From assembly GCA_017654855.1 (NCBI GenBank), contig CM030332.1, positions 2,728,001 through 2,792,000 of the forward strand: a DNA stretch of 64,000 nt, in the 5' to 3' direction. Origin of the DNA: Podospora anserina. Its lineage: Eukaryota. The notes under the pieces are model-generated. The model saw only the letters and a program-made list of their open reading frames with translations. It was not told the origin of the DNA and ran no database searches. The translations under genes were made by a program, and so were the position numbers. Positions 1 to 13,578 of the stretch are shown here, piece by piece (positions within the stretch are counted from its first letter, which is position 1; the number at the start of each line of letters is the position of its first letter).

Positions 1-1
1 G

Positions 2-3000
2 CCTACTCTTATCGAGGATCCTCTTGAGACATCTGACAAGGCCGAGATCGCCCCTTCCATCGACTCTCCCGTCTCGATTGAGGAGCAGTCTATTCCGCCT
101 GAGACAGCTGAGCGCAGCGTTGCTCTTTCAGAAGAACCGATCACCGAATTCAGGCAAATTTCAGCCGAGCAGCAAGATGAAGTCTTCGTGCTCCCTGTCG
201 TCGAGTCCAAGAAGCAAAAGAGAAAGAAGAATAAGAAGAAGGGCAAGAAAATCGAGGTTGAGAAACAGCCTGAGTCTTCTTCTGAGGTCACGCCTGCTCC
301 TGGGCCCTCTTCTGGGACTACACTGGAGCGTGCTCTAGAGCCTACTTCTGATCTTGTCATTGCTCCAGCTGCGGAGTCCACCCCTGAGATTTCTGTTCAG
401 CTTGTCAAGGACCCTTTCGACGACCCTGTCCAAGAGCCTACCACAGCCCTCGAGGTCGCTCCTGTCCACTCGACTAGAGAAGCTGAAGTCGCTGAAAAGC
501 CAATCGATCGCCAGCTTCCTGTTGAAGAGCCACTTATTCAGCAACCCGAGTCTAAAGTTGGAGACTTTGGTGATGAAGAATTCTTCCCCTTGCCAACAAA
601 AAAGTCAAAGAAGAACAAGAAGGGAAAGAATGTCCCCGCGGTGATCGACGATCATGACGGCGGCTCTGGTGTCACTACGCCGCTGATCATCGAGGAGCAG
701 AAGCATGCACTTTTTGCTGCTCCTGAAGCTCACACTCCTCTAGTTGAAAAGGCGTCAAATGGTTCTCCAGATGAGGCAATTCTTGTGGAGGAACGCGGCT
801 CTGCTGTTGGTGGTGCTTCGATTGAGGAATCTCCGGTTCCTGAAGAGACGCCAGTCACCGAGACACCTACCGTGGAAGTTTCGGTTGTTGAGACTTCTGA
901 CGAGGAGACACCCTCTGTCGAAGACGCTCCAATCGTTGAAGTTGAAATTCTAGACGCCGAGACGGCTCCTGTGGTGGAGGTGGACGTTGTCGAGGAGATT
1001 CCCACTGTGGAGCAGGAGCCTGTGTATACAGAGGTTCAAGAGCCTATTGTTATCAACATGGAGGAAGAGCCCATCACCATCGCTTTGCCCAAGCCTATCA
1101 GCAGACCACAGACACCCGACATGCTCACTCGCGAGGCTGAGGTGACGCCTCTTCCTCCCAGCAGACCACAGACTCCCGTTCTTGAGAAGGTGGCTGTTCC
1201 TTTGCCCTCAACTCCCGCCAGTCAACAACAGGCCGGCAATCATACCGTTGTAACTCCCGCGCCTGTCACTAGAGACTTGGGCTTGCTTCCTGAGATCTCT
1301 TTACTTCCGCCAATTAGCCTTGAGAGAACACCCCCGCGGAGTGTCAAAGAGCAAGTCGATCTCACTCCCGCTCAAGAAAGCAGCCACATTTCGCATGATC
1401 CACCGTTCGAGTACGAAGGACGGCGCAAAAAGGTCAAGACAGTGGAGGCAGAGCAAGTTGAACTTGATGAGCCTGCTGAACCCGCCGGTGCTGAGGTTGA
1501 TGAGAGCTCTAACAAGGGGAAGAACAAGGAGGAGGCTGTTGTTGCGGCGACCGCACTTGCAGGTGGCGTTTCGTTGTTCGACAAGTTAAAGGAGAAGGAG
1601 AAGGAGGAGTGGAGAGTGATGGGGGATGCAAATATCAGTGTGTTGACTTCAGGTTGGGACGATATGGGGTCTGTGCTGGGTGGTGCACCGGTTTATGAGG
1701 AGTATGACGAGAAGGGAAAGAAAGTGGTTGGGAGCTTGTACGATGAGGAAGATGAAGATAAAGTTGAAAAGAAGGCAAGGAGATCATGGAAGACTGAGGC
1801 TGGACTGGGGAGGATGGATTCAGAGACGATTCCCAGGTCAGTTAGGGAGTTGTCCAAGGCGAAGACAGAGGATACATCAGAGAGGGGGAGGAAGATGGAG
1901 CGTGGGAAGAGCTCGCCGTCGCCAGAGCCTGTGCAGCGGTCGTTCTCTTTCCCGGATGATATTGCTGATGAGGAGGCATTCGAGACACGCGATACCACGG
2001 GTGATGAGAAGAAGGAGCATGTCCGGGAGATGGTTCCTGTGGCAGACCAGCCTGTCCGGCTTCCACGCATGTCTAGCTTTGGGGACTTTATGCGATCTCA
2101 TGCTAGTCTGCCGCCGGTTCAAGAGGAGCTCTCGGAGGAGGATGAGCCCAAGAAGCAAGAGACGCCTGTCCGGCTCAACACACCGGCACATCATGCTCTA
2201 CGAGACAGCGGTCTTGGAGGAGAGTCTCCCCGTGTTTCTCGAGGTCTCCAGCCTGGTGAGACGGAGCATCTCCGTGACAGCGGTGTTCACCTCACACCAC
2301 GCAACAGCACCGAGGTGGAACGCCAACAAAAGAGACGCTCACCATTGGGCGGAAGTGTTCGCCTGTTGGAGCCTTCACCGCCCCCTCACACGCCTGAGCC
2401 AGAAAAATCAGCGGTTGCATCGGCTGTTCCCAGCAGCAGTAGCGCCAAGCGGATTGGGCCCAACACCAGCATTCAACGCCTCCGCACGCCTGAGCCGTTG
2501 CGGCCTGACAGCCCAGGCAGTGTCGGGAGCATCCGGTCGCACAACACTGCAACCCCCCCGCTCCGACGAATGGACAAGCGAACCAGTGGGAACTTGCGGT
2601 CAGGCACGTCTAGCCAAACAGAGCTAGCCGCCAAGGCCCGCGAGCAGGGACACGGCCAAAATTCATCCTCAACGGACCTCTCCCCAGCCATCGCTATCAC
2701 TGGAGCTGCCGCACTGGGAGCCCTGGCCGCTGCTACCACCACCACTACCACCTCAACAGGCTCATCGTCCACATCTCCGCCCATTGCGAATGAAGGTCGC
2801 ACCCGTGCCGCCAAGGACATGTCTGATGTCTTTGTGAGTTTTATCCCCTGTCACTATTTTCATTATTCACTCTGCTAATCATGTTGTCCCGTCGACAGGA
2901 GGCTTATGGAGAGGGCCGAATTGGCTCTCCACGCTCACCGACCCGTCCGCACAGCATGCGTCGCCGCCAAAGCTTGCAAGTAATTGAGCTCGAGGCCCGC

Positions 3001-4443
3001 GTCGAACAGCTTATACATGAAAACCAGCAGCTGGCAAACGGCCGCGCCCAAGCCGAATCCCAGCTGGCCCGCGGGAGCCTCTCCTCCGACAGCGACCGCG
3101 AATATGAAATCGAGCAGCTCAAGCGCGCCCTCAACGAAGCCAATGGCGTTATCGAGCGATTAAAACAAACCAATGAGGGCCTGCGCAACTCTACCTCTGC
3201 CATCGCCATCCAGCACCACGAGGAGGTTCGTCGCTACGAAGCCCAACAAGCTCAGGCCGCCAAAGAACTTCAGAAACAAGCGCGATCTGCCAAGGAAAAA
3301 GATGCCGAGATCGCCCATCTCCGCACCCAACTAGAGGCCTCGACCGAGGAAATCAAGAGGCTCCAGCAGCAGATTCTCGAGCAGAGCAGAGCCAGCGTCG
3401 ACTCTGACTTCCTCGACGTCCGTGACATTGACTACTTTGACCATCGCTGCCAGCAGTTGTGCGCCCACGTCTCGCAATGGGTGCTCCGCTTCTCCAAGTT
3501 CAGCGACATGCGCGCATGTCGCCTGACGAATGAACTCAGCGATGAGAAGCTGATTGACCGTCTCGACAATGCCGTCCTTGACGGCTCCAATGTCGACACT
3601 TACCTCAATGACCGCGTCCGCCGTCGTGACATTTTCATGAGCATGACCATGACCATGATCTGGGAATTTGTCTTCACGCGGTATCTCTTCGGCATGGACC
3701 GTGAGCAACGCCAAAAGCTCAAGCACCTTGAGAAGCAGCTCATCGACGTCGGACCTCCCCACGCTGTCCGACAGTGGCGTGCCGTGACATTAACGCTCTT
3801 GTCACGCCGTCCAGGTTTCAAGAGGCAGCGGGATCAGGACACAGAGGCGGTTGTCCAAGCCATCTTGGACACTCTCGCCAAAATACTCCCTCCCCCTTCC
3901 AATCTGGAGGACCAAATCCAAGCCCAACTTCGCCGGGTAGTCCGTGAGGCGGTCGGGCTAGCAATAGAGATGCGCTGCCAAAGAGCAGAATACATCATGC
4001 TCCCTCCTCTCCAGCCCGAGTACGACGACGCCGGCGAACTCGTCGAAGACGTCAAGTTCAACGCCGCCCTCATGAACGACGGCGGACAGTCCAATCTCAC
4101 CAATGAGGAGCTCGAATCGACGGCTGCCACCGTCCGGGTGGTGCTGTTCCCGTTGGTGTTGAGAAAGGGGGATGACGAAGGGAGGGGGGATGACGAGATT
4201 GTTGTTACACCTGCGCAGGTTCTGGTTGCGAGGTCGGCGTATGCCTCGCCTGCCACGCCTACGCAGAGCATAAGGGGGAAGAATGTGAGGTTGTTGACTC
4301 CGATTAGTGATGCTGGTGGGGGGGCGAGCGTTGGGGGACGGAGCCCGAAGCAGGAGAGGGGGGTTATGGGGCCGCCGCCGCAGCCGGGGTTGAGGGGGCA
4401 GGGGAGTGATGTTAGTATGGGGGATCATGGGGGGTATATTTAG
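2..4443 (+). CDS. lah: C-terminal part of a very large leashin-like (LAH / 'involucrin repeat') Woronin-body tether protein; 5' end lies outside the window
   Basis: Frame is open from base 2. Acidic, Pro-rich low-complexity sequence with Lys clusters (SKKQKRKKNKKKGKK, KKSKKNKKGK). Intron 2834-2898 (GTGAGT..CTAAT..CAG) joins ...MSDVF to EAYGEGRIGSPRSPTRPHSMRRRQS, then a coiled coil and a conserved-looking globular C-terminus (YFDHRCQQLCAHVSQWVLRFSKFSD...WEFVFTRYLFGMDREQRQKLK). I recognise this as the leashin C-terminal region from memory; it needs BLAST confirmation. Confidence 0.75.
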
Positions 4444-6093
4444 GGAATGAAAGAAGGGTGGAAATGATTTTAGGCGTTTAAGGTTGGGAATTTGGGATAT
4501 AAAGGGGTATGAAATGATAGGGTGAATAGTTAAGGGACTGGTGGGATATAATGTGTTGGGTATTCTTTTGTTATGTTTGGAGGGGGTGGGGGTGGAGAAA
4601 GATTATTTTAATATTCCTGGAGATGGATGTATTTTTGGAAGGGGGGGATTTTATCTTGTCGGATCGTTTTGAGTTGTTGCTACATACCCTGCTCTTGCTG
4701 CTGTTATCGTTATTTTGAAATTTTCTCTGCTCTTGAAAGTTTTGAACCTGTTTCGAAAGATAAAATGCGTTTTTGCTATCAATACTTTGGAGTGTCGTCG
4801 CTGTGTTTGGTGGGAGGTGGTGTTGTTGCTGCTTGTTTGACAAAGATGAAGTTGAAGTTTTACATCTCTTGCTTTGTTGGCTTGGCCGTTGCGATAGAGA
4901 GAAATTTGGTCAGGCGGCTGGCTGGCTATCATGGTAAAGAATGGATGATGATGATGTTTACGAACTTTCTACCAATTAATTGATGACAACTCACTCTGCT
5001 TCTTTCTGCACGTCAGTTTAGATATCATGATGCAAATGGGATTTGGAAGCGAAATGTGACTTGCTCTTTTCTCAACTCTGTTTGACCTTTTGTTTGATGT
5101 GTCTGTTGTGATCCATGCCGGGTAGTGCTGGTGGTATCTTCTACATTGATATCTTCATCAGCCCCGGCAGACAATCCTTTAAAGAAACATAGGTATCTGT
5201 TGGTTTTGTCTTGCAAACTGGTGCCAACGGGGCACATGGTGGGTGAAGGTAAGGGGGAGACAATATGTTCAAGGGATTACAGTTTCCTTCTCATACATTC
5301 CTCTGCTTGTCTCATTCTTGGTGCAGCTTCTGTTTCTACATCATCAACCACACTACTCACCCTAAGTATCTCGAGTGTTGTCAGAAAGGGACCGCCTTAC
5401 TCACCAACGCAAATCACGGCACCACTCCCTAGAGAATATCACATCTCACCCAACCATCGAATCTGCCCAAAACAAGCAAATCATATTTCTCCCAAAATTA
5501 CTTCCTATCATCTACCTAACTGCCTTGTTCCCCCATCCCCCCTTAACCCGTTCTATCTTCCCCCATGACTAAGATACTACCCATTTTACACAACCTTTTA
5601 CACTCCCTCCAAATTTCCACCCACAAATCCATTTTACACAACACCTACATTTTTGAAAATGTTTCCCCTCTTTTCCCATCTTCCCCTTTCCTTCCTCGAA
5701 AAGAAAAAACTACAAGAATGGTATAAAACGAGCGAGGAGTGAAAAGCAACAAAAGAAAAGCCAGAAGAGCAGACAAAACAAAGGAAACCCATAGTAGAAA
5801 CTATCACCCCCAAACACCGACCGTGCTTGCCTTGCTCCTCGAAACTGCGCCACTCTTAGCATCGGCGATAACCTCCTCGCCCAGACTTTTTCTGTCTGTT
5901 TCCCTTTCCTCACCATTAATCTTGTTTGCTGTCCCCCGAAATCCCCATTTGTCTCAGCCCAACAGAAAGCCTGCTCAATCTTGTAGTGTCAAGATGTGCA
6001 AGATACGGTGCCAACAGAGCAAATAAATTGCTTTGACATGAGAAAACCCAGCAAAATAAATACCCCATAAATCACAACACCTTCTCTGGAAAC

Positions 6094-9000
6094 CTAATTC
6101 GGTCCCCATTGTGTTTGTGAGTGCTGCTGTTGATGATGGGGAGTATGAGCATGTCCCATCTGAGCACCCAGGTTATGATTCATCTGAGCAGAGTGGTCCA
6201 CCTGAAAGGAATTGAAGCTGAGCTCGCCGGTATTGGGGTCGGTAGGGAACAGAACATTAATAGCATCCTACCAAAAAACAATGGTCAGTGATCGTGGAAC
6301 ACGCATCAGAGAGAACAAACACCTACCCAGTCAATATTATCCATCACGTTGATGGCCGCCCCAGGCCCAGCAATGCTTCCATGACGTTGTGGCTGACCAA
6401 CAACACTTCCACCATCACTGCTATTCTCAGGACTTCCAGGGTTCATATGCGGGAAACCCCACAGAACCTCACCGTTAGAGACACCGGCAAACACCATGTT
6501 GGGCATGATCGTTGGCTGTTGCGGAGGAAACATCATGGGTGAGTGCCCGAAAGAAGGAACACGGGCCGGCATGCTCGAAGGCACCGAGTGAGCCATATTG
6601 CCATGTGGCATTGGCATATTGATGGTGGGAATGGCATTTACAGGCATCTGGGGCATGCTTGGGTCAGGCTTCAACCTATGACCTGGACCGTTAACCGTCT
6701 GGTGCATCTGTTGCTGATGTTGAGGAAACGACCCGGTAGGAACCATGGCGTGTGACTGAATAGGTGATTCTTTCACAGCCTGCTTGTAGGGAACGGCCCT
6801 GGCAATACCAGTTGGCGCGCGGACCTTTCGCATGCCGAGATAGACGCTCGTCTTGCCCATGATCTCGGTCAAGATCTTGAGACTCTTTTGATCCCGCGCC
6901 TCATTGGGGTCCAAGTTGAAGACATAGTCGAGACACCTCCAGATCCTATTACACTCCTTGTTCTGAGGCCGGTAATAAATCTCCGTGGCCAAGAGAAGGG
7001 CAATCTGATATTGCTGGTAAGCTCCAAGATACCATGACCAGTCCCGAAATCTGGGATCAGATTCGAGCTGAATCGCAGTTTCAATGATCAGAATGCCGCT
7101 CGTAATCAGAAGACCGTTCAGGCGTTCGGGCAATGGACTTGTAGCATTAGAGTGGTACGGGTGTAGCACCATGGCGTGCAACCGATAGATCAGAAGCTGC
7201 ATGACAAGCTTCGCATATTTCTGAGCCGGCACCTCTTCGTTGAGGAAGCGGTTGTACTTCTCAAACATGCGCTTGCGAAAGTTTTCAATCTTGGTGAGTA
7301 CGGCTGTCAGTGTTGTCTTGTGCGTTTCCAGCTTGCGTCGGTCCGCCCAGATGATGCGCATCATCTCGTTGATCTCAAATCTCATCAACACAAGCATTGT
7401 CGACGTCCACTGATCAGCCGGTGGTGGGACAGAAACCATGTTCGCCGTGAGGTCGGTCTCTTCGCAGTTCAAAGGAAGCTTGGTATCATAGTCCTCGCGC
7501 CGAATGGCTGGCTTCGGTCCTTGGGCTTCGCATGTCCGTATGTCCAGGAAGCACAGCTGGTGCCAAACAAGCCGTCGCACGTGTGTTTCCAAGGGGCTAA
7601 GGCCGTAAGCCTCACCATCGCGGTGAAGCCCCATACACTCGGCCATTCTCACAGCAGCACCAACCAGCACAGAGTGTGCTCTCGATACCTCGTCTCTACA
7701 CAGCGGAAGCTGTGTATTTGTGTCAGCCAACTTTGCACGCCCCACGATGGTGGTACCGACTTACCATGTACATGATAAACGCCTGCATCGTCTCGAACTT
7801 TGTTGTTCGCAGAAAGTTGGCCTTGCTCAGCGCCGTCTCGGTGGCCACCTTCATGTGAGCCACGATGGCACTTTTCGTATTTCCAAATTCATTTTGAGCC
7901 TGGACTTCATCAAGACTGACTGCAGCACTGAACCAAGCAGCAAACACCAGTGCCTGTACCGATGGACGGGGCTCCCAGTTTTGTGCGATATCGTCCCAGA
8001 AGGACTGATACAAGGCCTCGAAAGACGGCCTGTGGACACACCGCGCAATAGGGTGAACTGCTTCAAAGTAGCGGTTGACCAGGCGCTGGCCCCACTCCCG
8101 ACTTCCAGGTAACAGCTGTTCCAACGGCGGCGATACACCAGCTTGGCCAAAGAAGAAGCCGCTTGTGGGTGGAAGATAAGAGTCACCCGGCTTGAGAAAA
8201 TCAGGGAGCATGTCGAAGGACGCCTCTGACGTGCCGTCACCCCCTAGCATCTGGGATGCCCCATTGAACCAGGACGTAGTGGCAGAAGAGGGCGTCGTAG
8301 CTATCGGGGAACCTGCAATGCCGGCTTGAATCTAGACAATCAAACTCCATCAGAAACTTTCCTCGATATTTTGAACTCTGAATAACTCACCTCTTCCGAA
8401 ATGCGTGGTCTGTTGAGTCCGCCAATTCTCTCGGTAATTCTCATTTTTCCAACTCGGATGCCCAGATCGATCAAGTCGTCGGTACCAACCCCATCGGGAT
8501 AGTCATCATAGGTGAGATCAAGCGCCACCATGGAGCTGATCTGGAGGTCACGCTCCTCGTCAAAGTCATCCTCAACGTCGTCAGCCAGAATCCGTTGCTG
8601 TCGTGAACCACCACTTCTGCCTCCACCACCTCCGGTAGCCCCTCTGGCAACATCCCTCTCAAACTGCCTCTCAAGCGACCCAACCTTCTCCTTGATCTCC
8701 GTAAGCCTTATCTGACTGGCCTCGTCAAGCTTGGGTCCGAGGTAGAGACATTCTCTTGAAAATCTCACACAGTTGCTGCACGTCGCACCCTTGTTGCATT
8801 TGAGTTTTCGCCGCCGGCATTCGAGGCAGGAAGTGATCATGCGCAACCGCCTACGAATGGGCTTCGGGCCAGTAGTCGAAGACGATGTTCCATTAGGATT
8901 CTGCCCCGTTGGTGTGGATGTCCCCTCCCTACCTGTGTTTGGAGTCCCAGCTCCTTCTCCATTCGCACTTGGCAACGGCTGTTGCTGCTGTTGATGTGGC

Positions 9001-9179
9001 GGCGGCACCGTCGTCGAACTGCCTCTCCTAGATCCGGCATGGGCCGTGCCGTCCAAGCCAACCCCAAGATGCGATGGTGACATGTGGGCCGCATGATGCG
9101 GTGCGGGTGTGGCATAACCGCCTTGGCTTGGTTGGAATCCCACCGGGACTGTGGGATGCTGTTGATACCTGGCAGCCAT
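6094..9179 (-). CDS. Zn(II)2Cys6 fungal transcription factor with fungal-specific TF (middle homology) domain
   Basis: CLECRRRKLKCNKGATCSNCVRFSRECLY binuclear cluster; AVRMAECMGLHRDG...RRLVWHQLCFLD MHR motif. Exons 9179-8391, 8331-7765, 7709-6327 and 6267-6094 are joined in frame by GT-AG introns; stop TAG at 6094-6096. Confidence 0.93.
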
Positions 9180-12100
9180 GATGAATATTGGAGATCTGCG
9201 TAACCCCTGAACCAATTCCAAACTACCCCCTATTATGTTCCGATCCAGACAAATGTTCAGCCTGGATGTCTAGGTATGCGAGCCGCCGGCGAGATGTAAA
9301 CACCAGAGGATCTCCGTACGATATCGAATTTGGGTGCTTCTTTTTTGCGGCACACACGGCTCGAATCCGATTTGGCAAGGTTTTGTCGTGTTGCTGATGT
9401 GGAATGAACCGGCAGAACGACACTAGCGCTAGGAGGCGTCGGGCACGCAAGGTGATTCGCAAGCCGAAGACGGTCTCAGGGAGTGTGGCGACAGCTGGCT
9501 TTCTTACTACGGGCGTAGTGAATCAAGATAAGTGACTACTGCGAGTATCGAAACTGTGAAAGGATGCCGAAATACTGCCTCACAGATAGGAAGCTGAACG
9601 AGATGATGGAGGGGACAATCGTTCCTTTGAACACCTCCCATCCACCTTCTACCCCTTTCTCTTCCTCAACCGCGGCTCTGGTCCCGTCGAGGTATGGGGT
9701 GCCGACAGACGGATACTTGAAATCTGTCTTTGTACGAGTGTTTTGAATTCTGCTTATTGACGCATGGGAGGCTGTGGATATGGCGATGTGAGATGGCGTC
9801 ACTACTAATCGCGGCAGTGGAAGTGACCGACTCCCTTCTCGCTCGACAACCAGCTCGTTTCGTATATCGAATGACTTTGTCGACGACACTCCAGTCACGG
9901 GCAGTTGCTGCTTCTGCGGATGGGAGCTGGCATCAGTGAAACTGGATCAGCAGTAGGTCTGAGGCGAGGACCAAGGCCACAGGTCCAGGCAGTGTGAGAG
10001 GAGGCTCGGGAAACAAGACGAGGAAGGAGAAGTCGGGGGCCAAGCTGCTGTATCAGAGACTGCGGGGTCAACACCGGGGCTGCGGGCAGCACAATGCAGA
10101 GCAGGGAACACCGGGTAGGGTACGGTCTTGTTGAATGCGGGTTGCGGGCGGCGGGCTGCAAACTGCGGGACGTCTAGCCAAGCAAAAGGCTCATCGGACG
10201 ACACGAGAGAGAGACTGTCGGCGAATCAAGACCATCAGCGGCACCTGACCAGACGAGCAGATCAGACATGCAGATAGCCAGACGAGGCAGGCAAGAGGGT
10301 CGAAACGAAGCCGAGAAGGAGGCGTCGGCGGGTGCCCGGCTGCCCGAGGGTATTTGTGTGTAGGTAAGAGGTAGGTGATGTGGTGATGTGGTCAACGGAC
10401 AGAGGTGTCGTGTGCTAGAGGACAAGGAAAAGCTTATCGGATTCTCGTTTCGGTCAAACGGTGCGATCCCAGGAGTCTGGTGGGCCTCGGAGAGGAATCC
10501 AGCTCTGATAGCCTTGCTCACGCCCTTGTTTCAGCTCGGCCCTGGCAGGTAGCAGAGCAGGTCAGAAACGTGTTCAGCGTGCTTGCTTGCTTGTGTGGTG
10601 CTTCTGTTCGGTTGAGTGAACGGCTGTCACGTATGGTTTGCTTGGTTGTATGTGTGTGACTGTCCCTTGACAGCACTGGACGGCCTTAACAGCTTAGTTG
10701 CCTCGTCATAAATACCCCCCGGAACCACCTGAGCCAGGCGAACGGCGGAATGACGGAATTGTCACTGTCACTGTCACAAGCGATTTGAAAGGGGGCCACC
10801 TCAGTGGAGGGCAGGACCCTCTGGCTCCTTCCCCCGGCGGTGTCACACACCCGAACCTGGATGGGAGAGCCAGTGGCAGTGCTAGAATTGTAATTCATAG
10901 CGAAGCAAAAGAAAGATATGCCGCTACAAAACGACGGGAAAGGAAAGAGCGTTTTGAAGCTCGGAACCTGTCACCACCCACTCTCCGCCCCTTTTCTCGG
11001 GTTGACACTGGCACTGACACTACCTAGCCGGCAGAGAGAGAGCCACCTCATCCCATCTTAGATGTCCACCGTTTCACCGACATCTGCCTCCACCTCAGTC
11101 CTGGAAGTCTTTTCCCATCTCCAGTCAGCTGATGGAATGAACCTGCTGTCGGTGTGCTCTCGGTTGCGATGTGTTCCCGCTCCCGCCTACTTCATGACCT
11201 TGTTTCCTGTCCCATCGTATCATGTACTCCTAGGTGCGCAGGCGTTTCCTCGGGCCACAGCAGCAGCATCCAATGTCCCGGAAATATCATACCTCATGTC
11301 TGTGTATGTTTGCAAAACATTGGTGCCATCGAAGTAAGTGTGCGAGTGTCTAGAAGGATTTGTATGTCCTCTGCCACTCTTCCCATGTCAACAAGTCCAC
11401 AAACACCACGGAACGCATAGCTTGTAGCCCGTCAACAGACAGTGGGGGAGGGGGAGGGGGGCTGTCGGGCAAGAAAGACGCCGAACTTCCGTCGATGAAC
11501 GTTGTCCGGGAATTTTGTGCATATCTTGAGCTGCTCCAGGTAGATGATTCCATCCCTACATGAGCTGGCTTCTTGGTGTCATTCCCTCAAACATTTTTCG
11601 TTCGCAGCTCTCAGCCCCATTTGAACCTTGACTCCACCTGGACTGCTCCAAGAGCAGAGGCATGTGAAGCCTCCGAGTCCTGCTTGGTGTCTGAACGGGG
11701 ATGGTGTGCCCCCTGAGACAATCAGCCAGCCAATTTTAGCTTTCTTTGCCTAGCTACCTGTTCCCCGTGTAGAATGACTGCATATAAGATATAAGCCAGT
11801 ATAAAACCCAAAAAGACAGGTAATTAGTGGCGATCGAAACATCCACCAGGAACAAAGCATATCGGGTATATGTGCAACGTCAGTCTGGGGGTCATCGCCC
11901 GCCCGTCCGTCCCTTGATGGTCTTTTTCTTCCCTGGCAGTAACGGTCCCAAACGGGACGCTTGTTTTTGATGCTGAGAGGACTACCCCAAAGCAATCGAG
12001 TTTGACTTGTATAAGCTGAGCTCCGGTCTAAACTCTGTCTCGCCCTTCACCCTCGTCCCCGAAGTGGGTTCGGTAGGAACAGCAGGCCAGTAGCTCACGC

Positions 12101-13490
12101 TCTATTCGGACCGGAAGGCCAGAACAGACTCCACCAGCCTGCAGCATCGATTTCCCCAGACTCACTGAGACAGACATACAGATTAGACAGTCCAAAGTGG
12201 GCAGAAACGGGCATTGAGAAGGCCAGGAGCAGATGCTGTCCTAGCCCACCATCATAAATCTTAGATTGCTCCGTGTTTGGCCAGAGATGGGTCGCTGCAG
12301 CATCGAGATAAGGCTCCTTGACTGGTGGAGAGTAAGTGCCGCGGGATGATGATCATGAGGATTCAGACATGAAAGTTCGCGGCTCCGGATGGCAAAAGAC
12401 AGTGTTGAAAATGCCCGCAAGAAAAAAGAAAGAAAGAACAAAAACAAAAGAAAACCGGACATGACGGAGGCTCCTTATCCCGGAGTCCGACCTCTTCCCA
12501 TCTCATCTTTGGAGTCTTTTTCCCCCTTCCACCGGAAAAGCAACCTGCCGCCCCGGGTCCCGAAAAGACGCAACGATACCCGAGGTCAGGAGGCGGCGTC
12601 GTCTTCCGCTGCTCTAGTACCTGGCTGATCAAACCGTCCGCCCAGAATGTGTAGGCTCCCGGGCAGACACACGGACGGGGGAAGGCGGCCTCTTGTCCCG
12701 AGTTTGTGGATTGAGGGTTTCCTGGCCAAGGACAGCGCCAAAGTGTGTGCATGGGATTCCCAGATCTGGACTACATCGGGCAATCAATATATCTGCACTA
12801 CCACCAACAAGAAGACACAGAGAAAAGAAGGCTGGGGGAGGGGGGGGGGGTTAAAGGGCACCTACCATCCGGGCATCCTCCCCTAGATGGGTAGCTTCCT
12901 TACCCTGTCCACCTGCGCATGTAAGTGTCCAGGGATGGATCGACTTTCTCTCTGCCACCAGAGCAAGACACCGCAGGCAGGATCGGAAGAAGCATCGTGG
13001 CAACCGAAACCATTCACACCTCACTCCCACGCGCTGCTGATTCTCTTCTCCCCCTTTCGTGTGACTGCTAGCTGTGGTGTAGCTATGTGTCTCTGTGTAA
13101 CGCAACGACCTGCAGCTTCCAGGTCAGTAATAACAAGCAGTGCAGCCCGAGCCATGCCTGCGAGCACGACGCATGTAATCTAGTGTAGAGTAGAAAAACA
13201 CAGCAACCCACCGCACGGCCCGGACACTGCATCTCCCTCCTCTGGCCCTTCATACGTATCCATCCTTTTTGCATTGGTGGTCAGGCTCTCTCTTCTATCT
13301 CGTCTTGCCTACTTCTCGGACCGGTTCACCTTCACTCTGACAAGACCTTTGCTCCTGGTAAGACATAACAACCCTGTGATCACCTGCGTAACACACACCA
13401 AGACCACTTGTGTACACACCGTCAAAGCTTTCTCCGGAAAGAAAAGGAAGCGGGGTAACAGAAAAAGAATGCGTGAGAAAAAAAAAGTGG

Positions 13491-13510
13491 TAGATAGATA
13501 GATAGATAGA
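13491..13510. repeat. (TAGA)5 microsatellite
   Basis: tagatagatagatagataga seen directly. Confidence 0.9.
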
Positions 13511-13578
13511 TGGGTATCATAGACTGTATATGGGTAACTGTCAACAGACATTAGTTACCCCCTGAGAAACCTTCAAGG

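Noticed and set aside
1680..2627. 315-aa Arg-rich alternative-frame ORF
   Set aside because: Off-frame by-product of the GAG/AAG-rich lah coding sequence.
10698..11027. 109-aa ORF MPRHKYPPEPP...
   Set aside because: TTG start and no motif; coincides with a likely promoter region.
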